Source of the DNA: an uncultured delta proteobacterium
GTDB taxonomy: Bacteria; Desulfobacterota; Syntrophorhabdia; Syntrophorhabdales; WCHB1-27
Length of the DNA stretch: 64,000 nucleotides
Direction of reading: 5' to 3'
Assembly (NCBI GenBank): GCA_963825005.1
Contig: CAWGRP010000009.1
Location: 24,719-88,718 of the forward strand
The position numbers and the translations under genes were made by a program. The notes under the pieces were generated by a model. That model was not told the DNA's origin. It was given only the letters and a program-made list of their open reading frames with translations, and ran no database searches. This document shows, in pieces, positions 9,557 through 17,910 of this stretch (position 1 is its first letter; each line of letters starts with the position of its first letter).

Positions 9557-9572
9557 AGCGAATTGCGTGCCA
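9557..9572 (-). promoter_or_regulatory. Sigma-54 (-24/-12) promoter candidate
   Basis: The minus strand reads TGGCACGCAATTCGCT, i.e. TGGCAC-N5-TCGC with the canonical GG-N10-GC spacing. It lies about 40 nt upstream of the ABM start codon and directly downstream of the sigma-54 activator gene. Confidence 0.55.
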
Positions 9573-9701
9573 CCGGCGCCTGTCCACCTTTAGGCTCTTA
9601 AGCTGTTGTGATTAAAGGGTTTTTGTGCGGGATGGTTCATTCCGACTGGCCGGATGAAGCCTCGGTAGTGCCGATATATCGGTTTGAAGCCGGAATTTCG
9701 G

Positions 9702-11702
9702 TTAACGGGTTGGACGCTCTATGCCCAGTTTTTTCATCATCGACTGCAGGGTGCTTCTCTTGAGTCCAAGAATCTCGGCAGCGCTGTCCTTACCGGTAAC
9801 GCGCCAGTTGGTCTTTTCAAGTACGCTGATGATATGCCTGCGCTCGACATCCTCGAGATTCTGATCCAGAGAACTGTCAGCGCCGGTAATCCGGGGCAGG
9901 GTAATTTCAAGGGTCTCGGCATGGCTTAATATCATGGCCCGTTCGATCACGTTTCTGAGTTCCCTGACATTGCCGGGCCAGGGGTATGATTGCAGGGCGT
10001 CCATACTTTTCTTCGCGATGCTGTCGATCCGTTTTCCCATTTTTTCCTGGAATTGACTGACGAACGCCCATACCAGTAGCGGGATGTCCTCGTGCCGCTC
10101 GCGGAGAGGAGGGATCCGGATCGGGAATACGTTGAGGCGATAGTACAGGTCTTTTCGCAACCTGCCTTCTTTCACTTCCTGGGCAAAGTCCCTGTTAGTG
10201 GCTGCAATGAGTCGGACGTCCACGTGAATCGGCCTGGTCGAACCCAGCCTTTCAAAGATTCCTTCCTCGAGAACACGGAGCAATTTAACCTGCAACTCCA
10301 GGGGCAGTTCACCGATCTCGTCGAGAAAAAGAGTAGAGCCGTTCGCGACCTCGAAACGGCCTGCCATGCTGGTCATGGCGCCCGTGTAAGCGCCTTTCTC
10401 CCTGCCGAAGAGTTCGCTCTCCATCAGCGTGGGCGCGAGCGATGCGCAGTTGACCGTCACCAAAGGCCTGTTTTTTCGGGCGCTCATTTTGTGTATTGCG
10501 CGCGCCAGAAGCTCCTTGCCGGTCCCCGTTTCACCGAGAATGAGGACGGTTGAGTCTGTTCTGGCAACCTGCCCGGCCTGAGTCAGAACTGTTTTCATTG
10601 GTGCGCTCTGACCCACGATATTATGCTCCCCGAGGAGGCTCACTTCTTTTTGCAAATAGATGTTTTCCCTCTCCAGTTGCTGCTTGAGTTCCTCAATCTC
10701 CTCCAGCCGCCGCCGAAGTTCGTCGTCAGCGCGTCTACGGGCGAGCGCATTGGCGAACAATTCTGCGATAACGTGAAGCTGTTTTACAACGGTTGCGGGC
10801 CAGTCCCGTTCCTCCCGCATCGTGGCAAAAGTCAAGGCACCGAATACGCGCCCGCCTGTCGATAAGGGAATGATCAGCGCGGACTTCGTATTAAACGCGG
10901 TATAACTTTCCCGGTCGTGCGCAGCCTCCGGCGGCAGGTCGGCCGACTTTGCGATAACGAGAATCTGCCCGGTCAAGACTTTCTGCACCGTCCATGGAAA
11001 AAGGTCGTCTGCTACCAGCCCCTTTTGAGCGTCCACTTCAGACAACTGATACACATGTGTCAATAAAAACGGCGCCCTTGACTCGACCCGAGAGGATTGC
11101 CACAGCGTGGAACGGTCAAGGTTGAAGAATTCGCCGATGCGGCGCTGCGCGGATTCAATTTCGCTGTCAATGCGGTCGGCAGGCAGATTGACAAAATTCC
11201 CCGAGACGTCGGCGAGTATGGTCTCGAACCCCAGCCGCTCGGCAAGAGCATCGTTGGCAACAGCGAGTTCCGCGGTTCGCTCTCTTACGCGCTGGTCTAA
11301 TTCATCATTGGCCTGCTGAAGCGCATCTTCCGCCTTTTTGATGCGTAGAAGGGAGTTGACCCGCGCGAGAAGCTCGCTGTTGGGAATCCCCTTGACGATG
11401 TAACCGTCCGCGCCAATATCAAGGCCGGTTGTCTGCGCTTCGCTGGAGGTGCTAAGCCCTGAAAGAAGAGCCACAAAGGTACTACGCAGCCCCGGATCGG
11501 ACTTGATCTGCTTGCAGACATCGAAGCCGCTCATATCGGGAAGCACCACGTCGAGCACAACCAGGTCGGGACGAGCCGCAGCGACCGCCTCCAGCGCATC
11601 CTTTCCTGTGGATGCTTCTATAACATCGTAGCCGCCCAAAGACAGCACCGCCGACGTGAGCGCAAGCATATCCGGATCGTCGTCAACAACCAGAATTTTC
11701 AT
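9702..11702 (-). CDS. Sigma-54-dependent response regulator (REC-GAF-AAA+-HTH)
   Basis: [12 protein letters not shown] receiver domain, a central GAF-like region, an AAA+ domain with GETGTGKE and the GAFTGA variant GAYTGA, and a C-terminal Fis-type HTH. The upstream 33 codons of ORF 9702..11801 lie in heptamer repeats and were dropped. Confidence 0.9.
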   Translation of the reverse strand: MKILVVDDDPDMLALTSAVLSLGGYDVIEASTGKDALEAVAAARPDLVVLDVVLPDMSGFDVCKQIKSDPGLRSTFVALLSGLSTSSEAQTTGLDIGADGYIVKGIPNSELLARVNSLLRIKKAEDALQQANDELDQRVRERTAELAVANDALAERLGFETILADVSGNFVNLPADRIDSEIESAQRRIGEFFNLDRSTLWQSSRVESRAPFLLTHVYQLSEVDAQKGLVADDLFPWTVQKVLTGQILVIAKSADLPPEAAHDRESYTAFNTKSALIIPLSTGGRVFGALTFATMREERDWPATVVKQLHVIAELFANALARRRADDELRRRLEEIEELKQQLERENIYLQKEVSLLGEHNIVGQSAPMKTVLTQAGQVARTDSTVLILGETGTGKELLARAIHKMSARKNRPLVTVNCASLAPTLMESELFGREKGAYTGAMTSMAGRFEVANGSTLFLDEIGELPLELQVKLLRVLEEGIFERLGSTRPIHVDVRLIAATNRDFAQEVKEGRLRKDLYYRLNVFPIRIPPLRERHEDIPLLVWAFVSQFQEKMGKRIDSIAKKSMDALQSYPWPGNVRELRNVIERAMILSHAETLEITLPRITGADSSLDQNLEDVERRHIISVLEKTNWRVTGKDSAAEILGLKRSTLQSMMKKLGIERPTR

Positions 11703-11730
11703 GTGATCGCTCATAAGCAATAGCAATAAA

Positions 11731-11935
11731 GTGTCGAGTGTCGAGTGTCGAGTGAGAGACACTGAATGAGTGTCGAGTGTCGCGTGTCGAGTGAGAGACA
11801 CTGAATGAGTGTCGAGGACGGTCTAATGGACCCAAACTGTTCAAGGGCACTCTGGCTCATCTAAGCTCTGTCCTCACTCGACACTCGACCCTTTATACTT
11901 TATACTTTTTCCCCTCGACACGCGACACTCGACAC
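11731..11935. repeat. Heptamer-word dyad element A (GTGTCGA / TCGACAC)
   Basis: The left arm is (GTGTCGA)n plus a duplicated GTGAGAGACACTGAATGA unit. A ~55-nt spacer follows, then the right arm CTCACTCGACACTCGAC...CTCGACACGCGACACTCGACAC. The stop codon of the kinase gene lies inside the right arm. Confidence 0.7.
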
Positions 11936-14900
11936 TTTTTCTATCCGTCCAGCGCCTTTCGTAACAGTGCGTCCCAACTCCGCTTGCGTCAAGGGCTTCA
12001 TGACAAAAGCCCGGATGCCGGCTTCCTTTACTGCTGCCCCATTAGTCATATGACTGAATCCGGTGGCAAGGACGATAGGGATATCAGGGCGAAGAGCCAC
12101 ACACGCTCTTGCCAGTTCCAGACCGGTCAACTCGGGCATGGTCTGATCAGTCACGATGAGGTCGAACCGGTTCGGATCATCGGTGAAAAGTTTCAGCGCT
12201 TCAACGCTGCTGTTTCTGGCAGTCACGGTATAGCCAAGCTCTTCGAGAAACTTCTGGCCGACCTCGGTCAGGGCTCTCTCATCGTCAACGAAGAGCACCC
12301 GCTCGTGCCCGGTAGGGACTGGTTCTTCAGCTTGGGCTTCTGTTCGGGGTTGTTCTGCAACTTTAGGCAGATAGATGGTGAAGGCAGAGCCTATCCCCGG
12401 TTGGCTCTCCACGGTGATGTACCCGTCGTGTTGCCGTATGATGCCTTGCGCCACGGAGAGGCCGAGTCCCGTTCCCTCGTCGGGCTTCTTGGTCGTAAAG
12501 AAAGGATCGAAAATTCTATTGAGCAGTTCAGGCGGTATACCAATGCCCGTGTCACGCACGACGAGCTTGATGTAGAACCCGGGCTTCATGCCGCCAGGTG
12601 TGCCTTCAGATGGCGCCATACTGAAATCACTCAGAGTAAGGTCGAGTGCGCCGCCCTTCTCTTTCATGGCGTGGGCAGCATTCGTGCAGAGGTTCATGAG
12701 GACCTGCTGCAATTGGACCGGATCGGCAAGTACGGGACCTGACTCGCTCTCGACATCGACCCCGATACTGATCGTCGTGGGAATCGAGGCTCTCAGGAAC
12801 CGGGCGGTCTCCTTTGCGAGGGTGCTCAACTGGAGCGGTTTCTTTTCCTGTTCCGTCTGACGGGAGAACGTGAGCATCTGCTTGATGAGTTCGCGGCCGC
12901 GGAGGCCTGCATCCATCACCATCTGGAGGTGACGCTCATCCGGGCTTCCCGCAGGGAGTTTGCTTTTTGTCAGCTCGGCAAAGCCCATCATGGCTGCAAG
13001 GATGTTGTTGAAGTCATGGGCGATGCCGCCCGTGAGCGTACCGAGGGCTTCCATCTTCTCTGCCTGGCGCATTCGAGCTTCGATCTGCTGCCGCTGGGTG
13101 ATGTCTGTGTCGACGCCGCGATAGCCGATGAGGTCGCCGGCTTCATCCAGCATCGGAGAGCCGCTCGTTTCCAGGTGCACCACGCGGCCGTCTTTGCGAA
13201 GGTTGGGATTGGGGAATGCCCGGAAGGGTTGCTTCGTGGCGAATACCTCGAACGCGCTTCTCTTCAGCTCTTCACGAACCTCCGGCGCGAACAGGTCGTA
13301 GAAGTGCATTTTACCGACCAGTTCGTCAGGCGCGTAGCCCAGAATCTTTTTAACGGACGGGCTCGTGTATGTGTAGAGGCCGTCCGCATCAATCTCCCAG
13401 ATGAAGTCGCCGATGTTCTCGGCCACCTGCCGGAATCGCTCCTCACTCTCGCGCAGCGCCGCCTCAGCACGCTTGCGCTCGGTGATGTTATCTATGAAGC
13501 CACTATAGAAGAGTGTCCGTCCATCCGGCCCGGGAGTGCGCCGGGCGCTGAGTAACGCCCAGAATTTTGTCCCGTCCTTGCGCTTGAGCTGGCACTCGAA
13601 TCCAAGGACAATATCCTGTGTCTCGAGCAGCTGGATATACCTCAGACGCTCGCTGGGGTCCACCCACACCTGATGTTCCAAGTCTGTGATTGATGATATG
13701 AACTCTCCCGGCGAATCATAACCCAACATCCTCACCAATGCCGGGTTTGCTGTCAAAGACTCCCCCTGGGGTGATGTTTCAAAAATACCTTCCAGCGCAT
13801 TATCGAAAATGTCGCGATACTTTGCTTCGGCTTTGCGCATGGCCTCTTCCGCCTTCATCTTCCGGCGTCTTTCGACGATAAGGATGACGATAAGAGCAGC
13901 CTCGGCGAGGCAAAGAAGGAGGACGCCGATGAGATAGTATCTATAGTCCCAGAGGGTGAATTCCCTGTTTATGATGATGCTGCCTTGGGGCAGTACGGCC
14001 TCGTTCACATTCCAGCGCCTGAGTTGTCGCCAGTCAAACATTAATGTCTTGCCGCTTCCAAGGGTAGTTACCGGTTTCGTCAGAACTATTTTCTTGTCCA
14101 GTATGTCGAGGGCCACATTTGCAGCGTATGCGCCTTCGGCCTCGAAGCTCAGCAGAGAGCCGCCAATGGAACCGTTCCCCATGACGGTATCGTAGAGGCA
14201 AAAAACAGGCGCGTTGGCAACCCTGGAGATGTCTTTCGCGACCTCCAGTGGGGTGAAGGTCCGGCCGGTTTTGTCTGAGAAGACATTAACGTAAATAACG
14301 ATTGAATAAGGCGGGAGGCTTGCAACCAATTGCAGGATTTCCTCAACAGTTCGATCCTTCGTGTACTGGAATTCCAGTTTGTCCTTCCAGGGCGAAAAAA
14401 GACGCTTGGCATCCTCTACATGCCTTTCATCAGCCGCTCCGCGTCCGCTGACAAAGACAACGTTCCGAGTTCGGGGAAACATCTTCAACGCTATTTCCAG
14501 GGTTCCTACGATGTCCTGGTTTTGTGGCCGTTGTAGGATCCGGCGCCCCAGTGTGTTCTTGGCTTCGATCAGTTCCGGCTCGATAACGGTCAAATAGGAC
14601 AGGACCGGCACATCGGGGAAGAGTCCCTTGCATTCTTCCAGGAGAAATTCAAGCGCCCACGTGTGTACGGTGACTATCAACCCGATCTGGTGCATCCCAT
14701 ATTTGTAGCGGAGCAGCTCGGCCAGTCTTTTACGATATTCGCCACTATTGTTGCGCTGCAGGTCCAGGTATTCAAGAAAAATGTCGTTGGTACTTATACC
14801 GCGCTCTCTCATAACGGACAAGAAGGCAGGTGTGGCTTTCTGATACGCTGGGAGTCCGTCTCCATACCCGTAAAGCACAAGAATCTGTTTTGCGAAATGC

Positions 14901-15046
14901 GGAGCAGTCTCTTGCTGCGAAAAGGCGGGCAGCGGAATGCTCAGTTGCAAAACAAGCAACGCCAGGAAAGCAAGCGGCAGCAAGCCGTGGTCCTGCCGAA
15001 TGGCGTTCAGTAGCCTACTTGAGTGCAGAGAGGTTTTGTCTTGCAT
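11900..15046 (-). CDS. Hybrid sensor histidine kinase (periplasmic ABC-substrate-binding-like sensor, PAS x2, HisKA, HATPase, REC)
   Basis: 1048 aa. N-terminal signal/TM plus a PBP-type domain, a TM segment, PAS repeats, H-box IAHDFNNIL, an ATPase with DTGIGI and GTGLGLS, and a C-terminal receiver VLFVDDE... Confidence 0.9.
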   Translation of the reverse strand: MQDKTSLHSSRLLNAIRQDHGLLPLAFLALLVLQLSIPLPAFSQQETAPHFAKQILVLYGYGDGLPAYQKATPAFLSVMRERGISTNDIFLEYLDLQRNNSGEYRKRLAELLRYKYGMHQIGLIVTVHTWALEFLLEECKGLFPDVPVLSYLTVIEPELIEAKNTLGRRILQRPQNQDIVGTLEIALKMFPRTRNVVFVSGRGAADERHVEDAKRLFSPWKDKLEFQYTKDRTVEEILQLVASLPPYSIVIYVNVFSDKTGRTFTPLEVAKDISRVANAPVFCLYDTVMGNGSIGGSLLSFEAEGAYAANVALDILDKKIVLTKPVTTLGSGKTLMFDWRQLRRWNVNEAVLPQGSIIINREFTLWDYRYYLIGVLLLCLAEAALIVILIVERRRKMKAEEAMRKAEAKYRDIFDNALEGIFETSPQGESLTANPALVRMLGYDSPGEFISSITDLEHQVWVDPSERLRYIQLLETQDIVLGFECQLKRKDGTKFWALLSARRTPGPDGRTLFYSGFIDNITERKRAEAALRESEERFRQVAENIGDFIWEIDADGLYTYTSPSVKKILGYAPDELVGKMHFYDLFAPEVREELKRSAFEVFATKQPFRAFPNPNLRKDGRVVHLETSGSPMLDEAGDLIGYRGVDTDITQRQQIEARMRQAEKMEALGTLTGGIAHDFNNILAAMMGFAELTKSKLPAGSPDERHLQMVMDAGLRGRELIKQMLTFSRQTEQEKKPLQLSTLAKETARFLRASIPTTISIGVDVESESGPVLADPVQLQQVLMNLCTNAAHAMKEKGGALDLTLSDFSMAPSEGTPGGMKPGFYIKLVVRDTGIGIPPELLNRIFDPFFTTKKPDEGTGLGLSVAQGIIRQHDGYITVESQPGIGSAFTIYLPKVAEQPRTEAQAEEPVPTGHERVLFVDDERALTEVGQKFLEELGYTVTARNSSVEALKLFTDDPNRFDLIVTDQTMPELTGLELARACVALRPDIPIVLATGFSHMTNGAAVKEAGIRAFVMKPLTQAELGRTVTKGAGRIEKVSSVACRGEKV

Positions 15047-15090
15047 CTGATTTCCCGATAAGGCTTCGCAGTCTCAGATGACAATCGCGT

Positions 15091-15227
15091 CGATTATTAC
15101 CCCGGCAATTAAATAGTTTGTCATGCCGGACTTGATCCGCCATCCAGACAGGGACTGGATTCCGGCTTTCGCCGGAATGACGGCCGAAAAAGTGTAGGTA
15201 TTATTTAGTTGCCGTATTAATAATTAC
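15091..15227. repeat. Nested palindromic (REP/MITE-like) element
   Basis: An outer ~24-nt inverted repeat (ATTATTACCCCGGCAATTAAATA / TATTTAGTTGCCGTATTAATAAT) encloses GTCATGCCGG...ATCCAG-N7-CTGGATTCCGGCTTTCGCCGGAATGAC. There is a single copy in this window. Confidence 0.45.
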
Positions 15228-15380
15228 TTTAGCTCCAGTTTACATGATCGAGAGCTGCAGGTCCAGATTTCCCAATAGTGTTCGACGAGCTTGCGCGGCC
15301 TTCAGCCGTCATATAGTGGCCTTCGACCCTGCCCTCAATCCGACGCCCCATGCTGTGGCGGTTGTTCAAAGTTCATAACC

Positions 15381-15427
15381 ACAATAACAAACATTGAGCG
15401 GCGTTGTCTGTAGGACCAAAGTCCGAT
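15381..15427 (-). promoter_or_regulatory. Palindrome-fused promoter facing the histidine kinase gene
   Basis: Palindrome TGTAGGACCAAAGTCCGATG (15408-15427). On the minus strand: -35 CAGACA (15405-15410), 18-nt spacer, -10 TATTGT (15381-15386). This would give a ~330-nt leader. Confidence 0.35.
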
Positions 15428-15489
15428 GGGTCGCTTCAGTCCTCGTGTCATCAGCCAATAGATGTCACACGTCGCGATAGATTGACATG

Positions 15490-16161
15490 TCACTCACTCT
15501 TTCCGATCCGGAGCGACACCAGGCGCGCCACGAGAATCGCCAGGTAAAGCGGACCGATTACTGCTTCCAGCATCACGGCGGACCGCGCCCACGGATGGAT
15601 TGGCGTGATGTCTCCGTACCCGAGAGTGGTGATAGTAACTACGCTGAAATAGAGAAACCCCTGATGGAGCTCGCCCTTTGCCGCATGCATGCCCTCCGGA
15701 AAACGTAAGGAACCCGGGTTCACATATTCGATGAGGCCGTACAAATACGCGAAGAAAACCGCAAGGAGCAGGTAGGCTGCGATTGCGCCACGTATCCGGT
15801 GTGCTGTTACAGGACCTTCCCTGAGGACCGCCCACAACGACACAACTGTCAGCGCGCCAAGGCCCACGGCAGAAAGCAGGGCATCCCAGAACAACAAGCC
15901 CGGTATACCGGCAAGGCGCAGCCAGTCGACAGTTATGATTGCGACGACAAGAAGGGCGGATGCGCTCCGAAAAACCGGGTGGCGCGTTATGGAGAGAAGG
16001 CCCGCAAGCAGGAGAAAGGAGTAAAGGGTGGCGTTTACGAGGCCAAGTAATACGCCCCTATGCAGCAGCGGGAAAATGAGAAACATTTCGAAGCTAAGAA
16101 AAATGAGGAGGGCCGTCAGACCGTTCTCTTCGGACCAGAAGCGCATTGCTTTACGGATCAT
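15490..16161 (-). CDS. Two-TM potassium channel
   Basis: K+ selectivity filter TTLGYGD within FSVVTITTLGYGDITP. The start was moved to MIRKAMRFW because the first 13 codons of the ORF lie in repeat B. Confidence 0.8.
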   Translation of the reverse strand: MIRKAMRFWSEENGLTALLIFLSFEMFLIFPLLHRGVLLGLVNATLYSFLLLAGLLSITRHPVFRSASALLVVAIITVDWLRLAGIPGLLFWDALLSAVGLGALTVVSLWAVLREGPVTAHRIRGAIAAYLLLAVFFAYLYGLIEYVNPGSLRFPEGMHAAKGELHQGFLYFSVVTITTLGYGDITPIHPWARSAVMLEAVIGPLYLAILVARLVSLRIGKSE

Positions 16162-16170
16162 GGAACCCCT

Positions 16171-16500
16171 GGACGCGGTGACTGGGAGAGAGGAAGACAC
16201 GGAGACACGGAGACCAAGCCGTGCAAACCGATAGGGAGACGCGGAGAAACGGGGAGAGGGAGAAAAGTACGGATAGCATGCACTCCCAGTTGACGGAAAT
16301 AGCGGATGTTACTCATCCTTCAGTTCTCTCCCTATCTCTCCGCGTCACCGTGTCTCCGCATCTTCCTCTCTCCGTGTCTTATTTGTTACTCGCCGTGTCT
16401 CCCCGTCTCCCTGTCTCCTTGTCTCCGCGTCACCGTGTCTCCGCGTCACCGTGTCTCCGCGTCTTATTTGTTACTCGCCGTGTCTTATTTGTTACTCGCC
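16171..16500. repeat. Heptamer/octamer-word dyad element B (GGAGACG / CGTCTCC)
   Basis: The left arm is GGAGACACGGAGAC...GGGAGACGCGGAGAAACGGGGAGAGGGAGAA, followed by a ~55-nt spacer. The right arm is CTCTCCGCGTCACCGTGTCTCCGC... plus three copies of GTCTTATTTGTTACTCGCC. Confidence 0.7.
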
Positions 16501-17909
16501 ACCGGCGGTCCCGTCATCTTATCCGCTTCGATTACCCAGCCGCCCCCGATTGCCTTGTAAAGATTTACATAACTGACCAGCGCCGCCGCCTGCGTCTGTG
16601 CAGCGCTCAGCTCTGCAGGGAAGAGTTGCGTCTCTGCGTAAAGAACTTCGAGGTAGCTCGTATAGCCACCGTTGTATTTGAGCCACGAGAGGCGTGAGTA
16701 ATCCTTGTAAGCGACGACGCGCTTCTGCTCGGCTGCGAGTTGCTCTCCCAGTTTGTCCCGTGACACGAGCGAGTTCTCAACGTCGGCGAACGCATTCTGG
16801 ATCGCCAGTTCGTAAGCCGAGAGCGCGGCCCTCTGCGCTGCCTCAGCCTGATTTACCTGGCCTTTGATGGCGCCAAAGGTAAAGATCGGTCCGGTGATGG
16901 AACCGCCGTAGTTCCAGGTGTTGCTCGGCCCCTTGAAGAGGTTTTCCAGCTCGGTGCTCGACTTGCCGTAACTACCGGTAAGCGATATGCTCGGATAGTA
17001 AAGCGCTTTAGCGGCGCCGATCTGGGCATTTGCCGCGATCAGGTTCTGCTCGGCCTGCCGGAGGTCGGGGCGTTGTTCGAGCAGCTGTGACGGCAAGCCC
17101 GCAGGGACCGCGGGCATCGCGAGATCAGCGAGCGTGCACCCCCGGGCAATGGGTCCGGGGTTACGGCCGAGCAGAATCGAGATGGCATTTTCCGTCGCCA
17201 CGATCTGGATCTCGATCGCCGGGATGGCCGCTGCCGCGGTTTCGTACTGAGACTGCGCCTGCGCTACAGTCATCTGGGAAACCTGACCGTACTTATGCTG
17301 CTTCTCGAAGAGCGTTACAGAATCTGCGTACGTCTTGAGCGTACGTTTTGAAATTGCCAACTGTTCGTCGAATGCGCGCAGCTGGATGTAAGAAGCTGCA
17401 ACTCCGGAAACGAGGGAAAGGATGACCCCGCGCCGCGCCTCGTCGGTGGCGAGCAGGTTGGCCTGAGCTGCCTCGGATTGGCGCCTGATGCGGCCCCAGA
17501 GGTCTATCTCCCAGGTGGCACCTCCCAGGATCTGATGGATATTGAACGGGTTCTCGTTCGGTGCTTGGAGCGCGTTGTTCCGTGAAACGCGTTGGCGGAT
17601 AGCATTCGCCTCGTAACCCACCTGCGGAAAAAGAGCCGAGCGCGTTGTCATGAGGATGCCTGCAGCCTGCTCCACGTTCGCAGCGGCTATTTTTACATTC
17701 TTGTTGTTTGCGAGCGACTCGGCAATGAGAGAATCGAGCACCGGGTCGTTGAACTGTTTCCACCATTCGGTGTTGGCCGTCTCTGCCACGTCTTTCGGCT
17801 CGTACCGGAAAGACTGCGGCGTGTCGATCAAGGGACGCTTGTAGTCTGGGCCGACCATGCAGCCGGCAACACAGATAAGCATTATTGAGGCGATCAGTGT
17901 TCGGCGCAT
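16485..17909 (-). CDS. RND efflux outer-membrane factor lipoprotein (NodT/OprM family)
   Basis: Lipobox VAGC followed by MVGPDYKRP, the hallmark N-terminus of NodT-family OMFs. 474 aa. Confidence 0.9.
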   Translation of the reverse strand: MRRTLIASIMLICVAGCMVGPDYKRPLIDTPQSFRYEPKDVAETANTEWWKQFNDPVLDSLIAESLANNKNVKIAAANVEQAAGILMTTRSALFPQVGYEANAIRQRVSRNNALQAPNENPFNIHQILGGATWEIDLWGRIRRQSEAAQANLLATDEARRGVILSLVSGVAASYIQLRAFDEQLAISKRTLKTYADSVTLFEKQHKYGQVSQMTVAQAQSQYETAAAAIPAIEIQIVATENAISILLGRNPGPIARGCTLADLAMPAVPAGLPSQLLEQRPDLRQAEQNLIAANAQIGAAKALYYPSISLTGSYGKSSTELENLFKGPSNTWNYGGSITGPIFTFGAIKGQVNQAEAAQRAALSAYELAIQNAFADVENSLVSRDKLGEQLAAEQKRVVAYKDYSRLSWLKYNGGYTSYLEVLYAETQLFPAELSAAQTQAAALVSYVNLYKAIGGGWVIEADKMTGPPVASNK

Positions 17910-17910
17910 G

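Noticed and set aside
11703-11801. N-terminal extensions of ORFs through heptamer arrays: the response regulator ([23 protein letters not shown]), GNAT (30269-30343) and K+ channel (16162-16200).
   Set aside because: The extensions are translations of 7-nt tandem repeats. Canonical family N-termini with an RBS begin at the internal Met ([25 protein letters not shown]).
16171-16500. The possibility that the short repeats (elements A-J) or the R240 copies form a CRISPR array.
   Set aside because: There is no constant-length repeat alternating with unique spacers. The units are 7-8 nt or about 240 bp, and no cas genes are present in the window.
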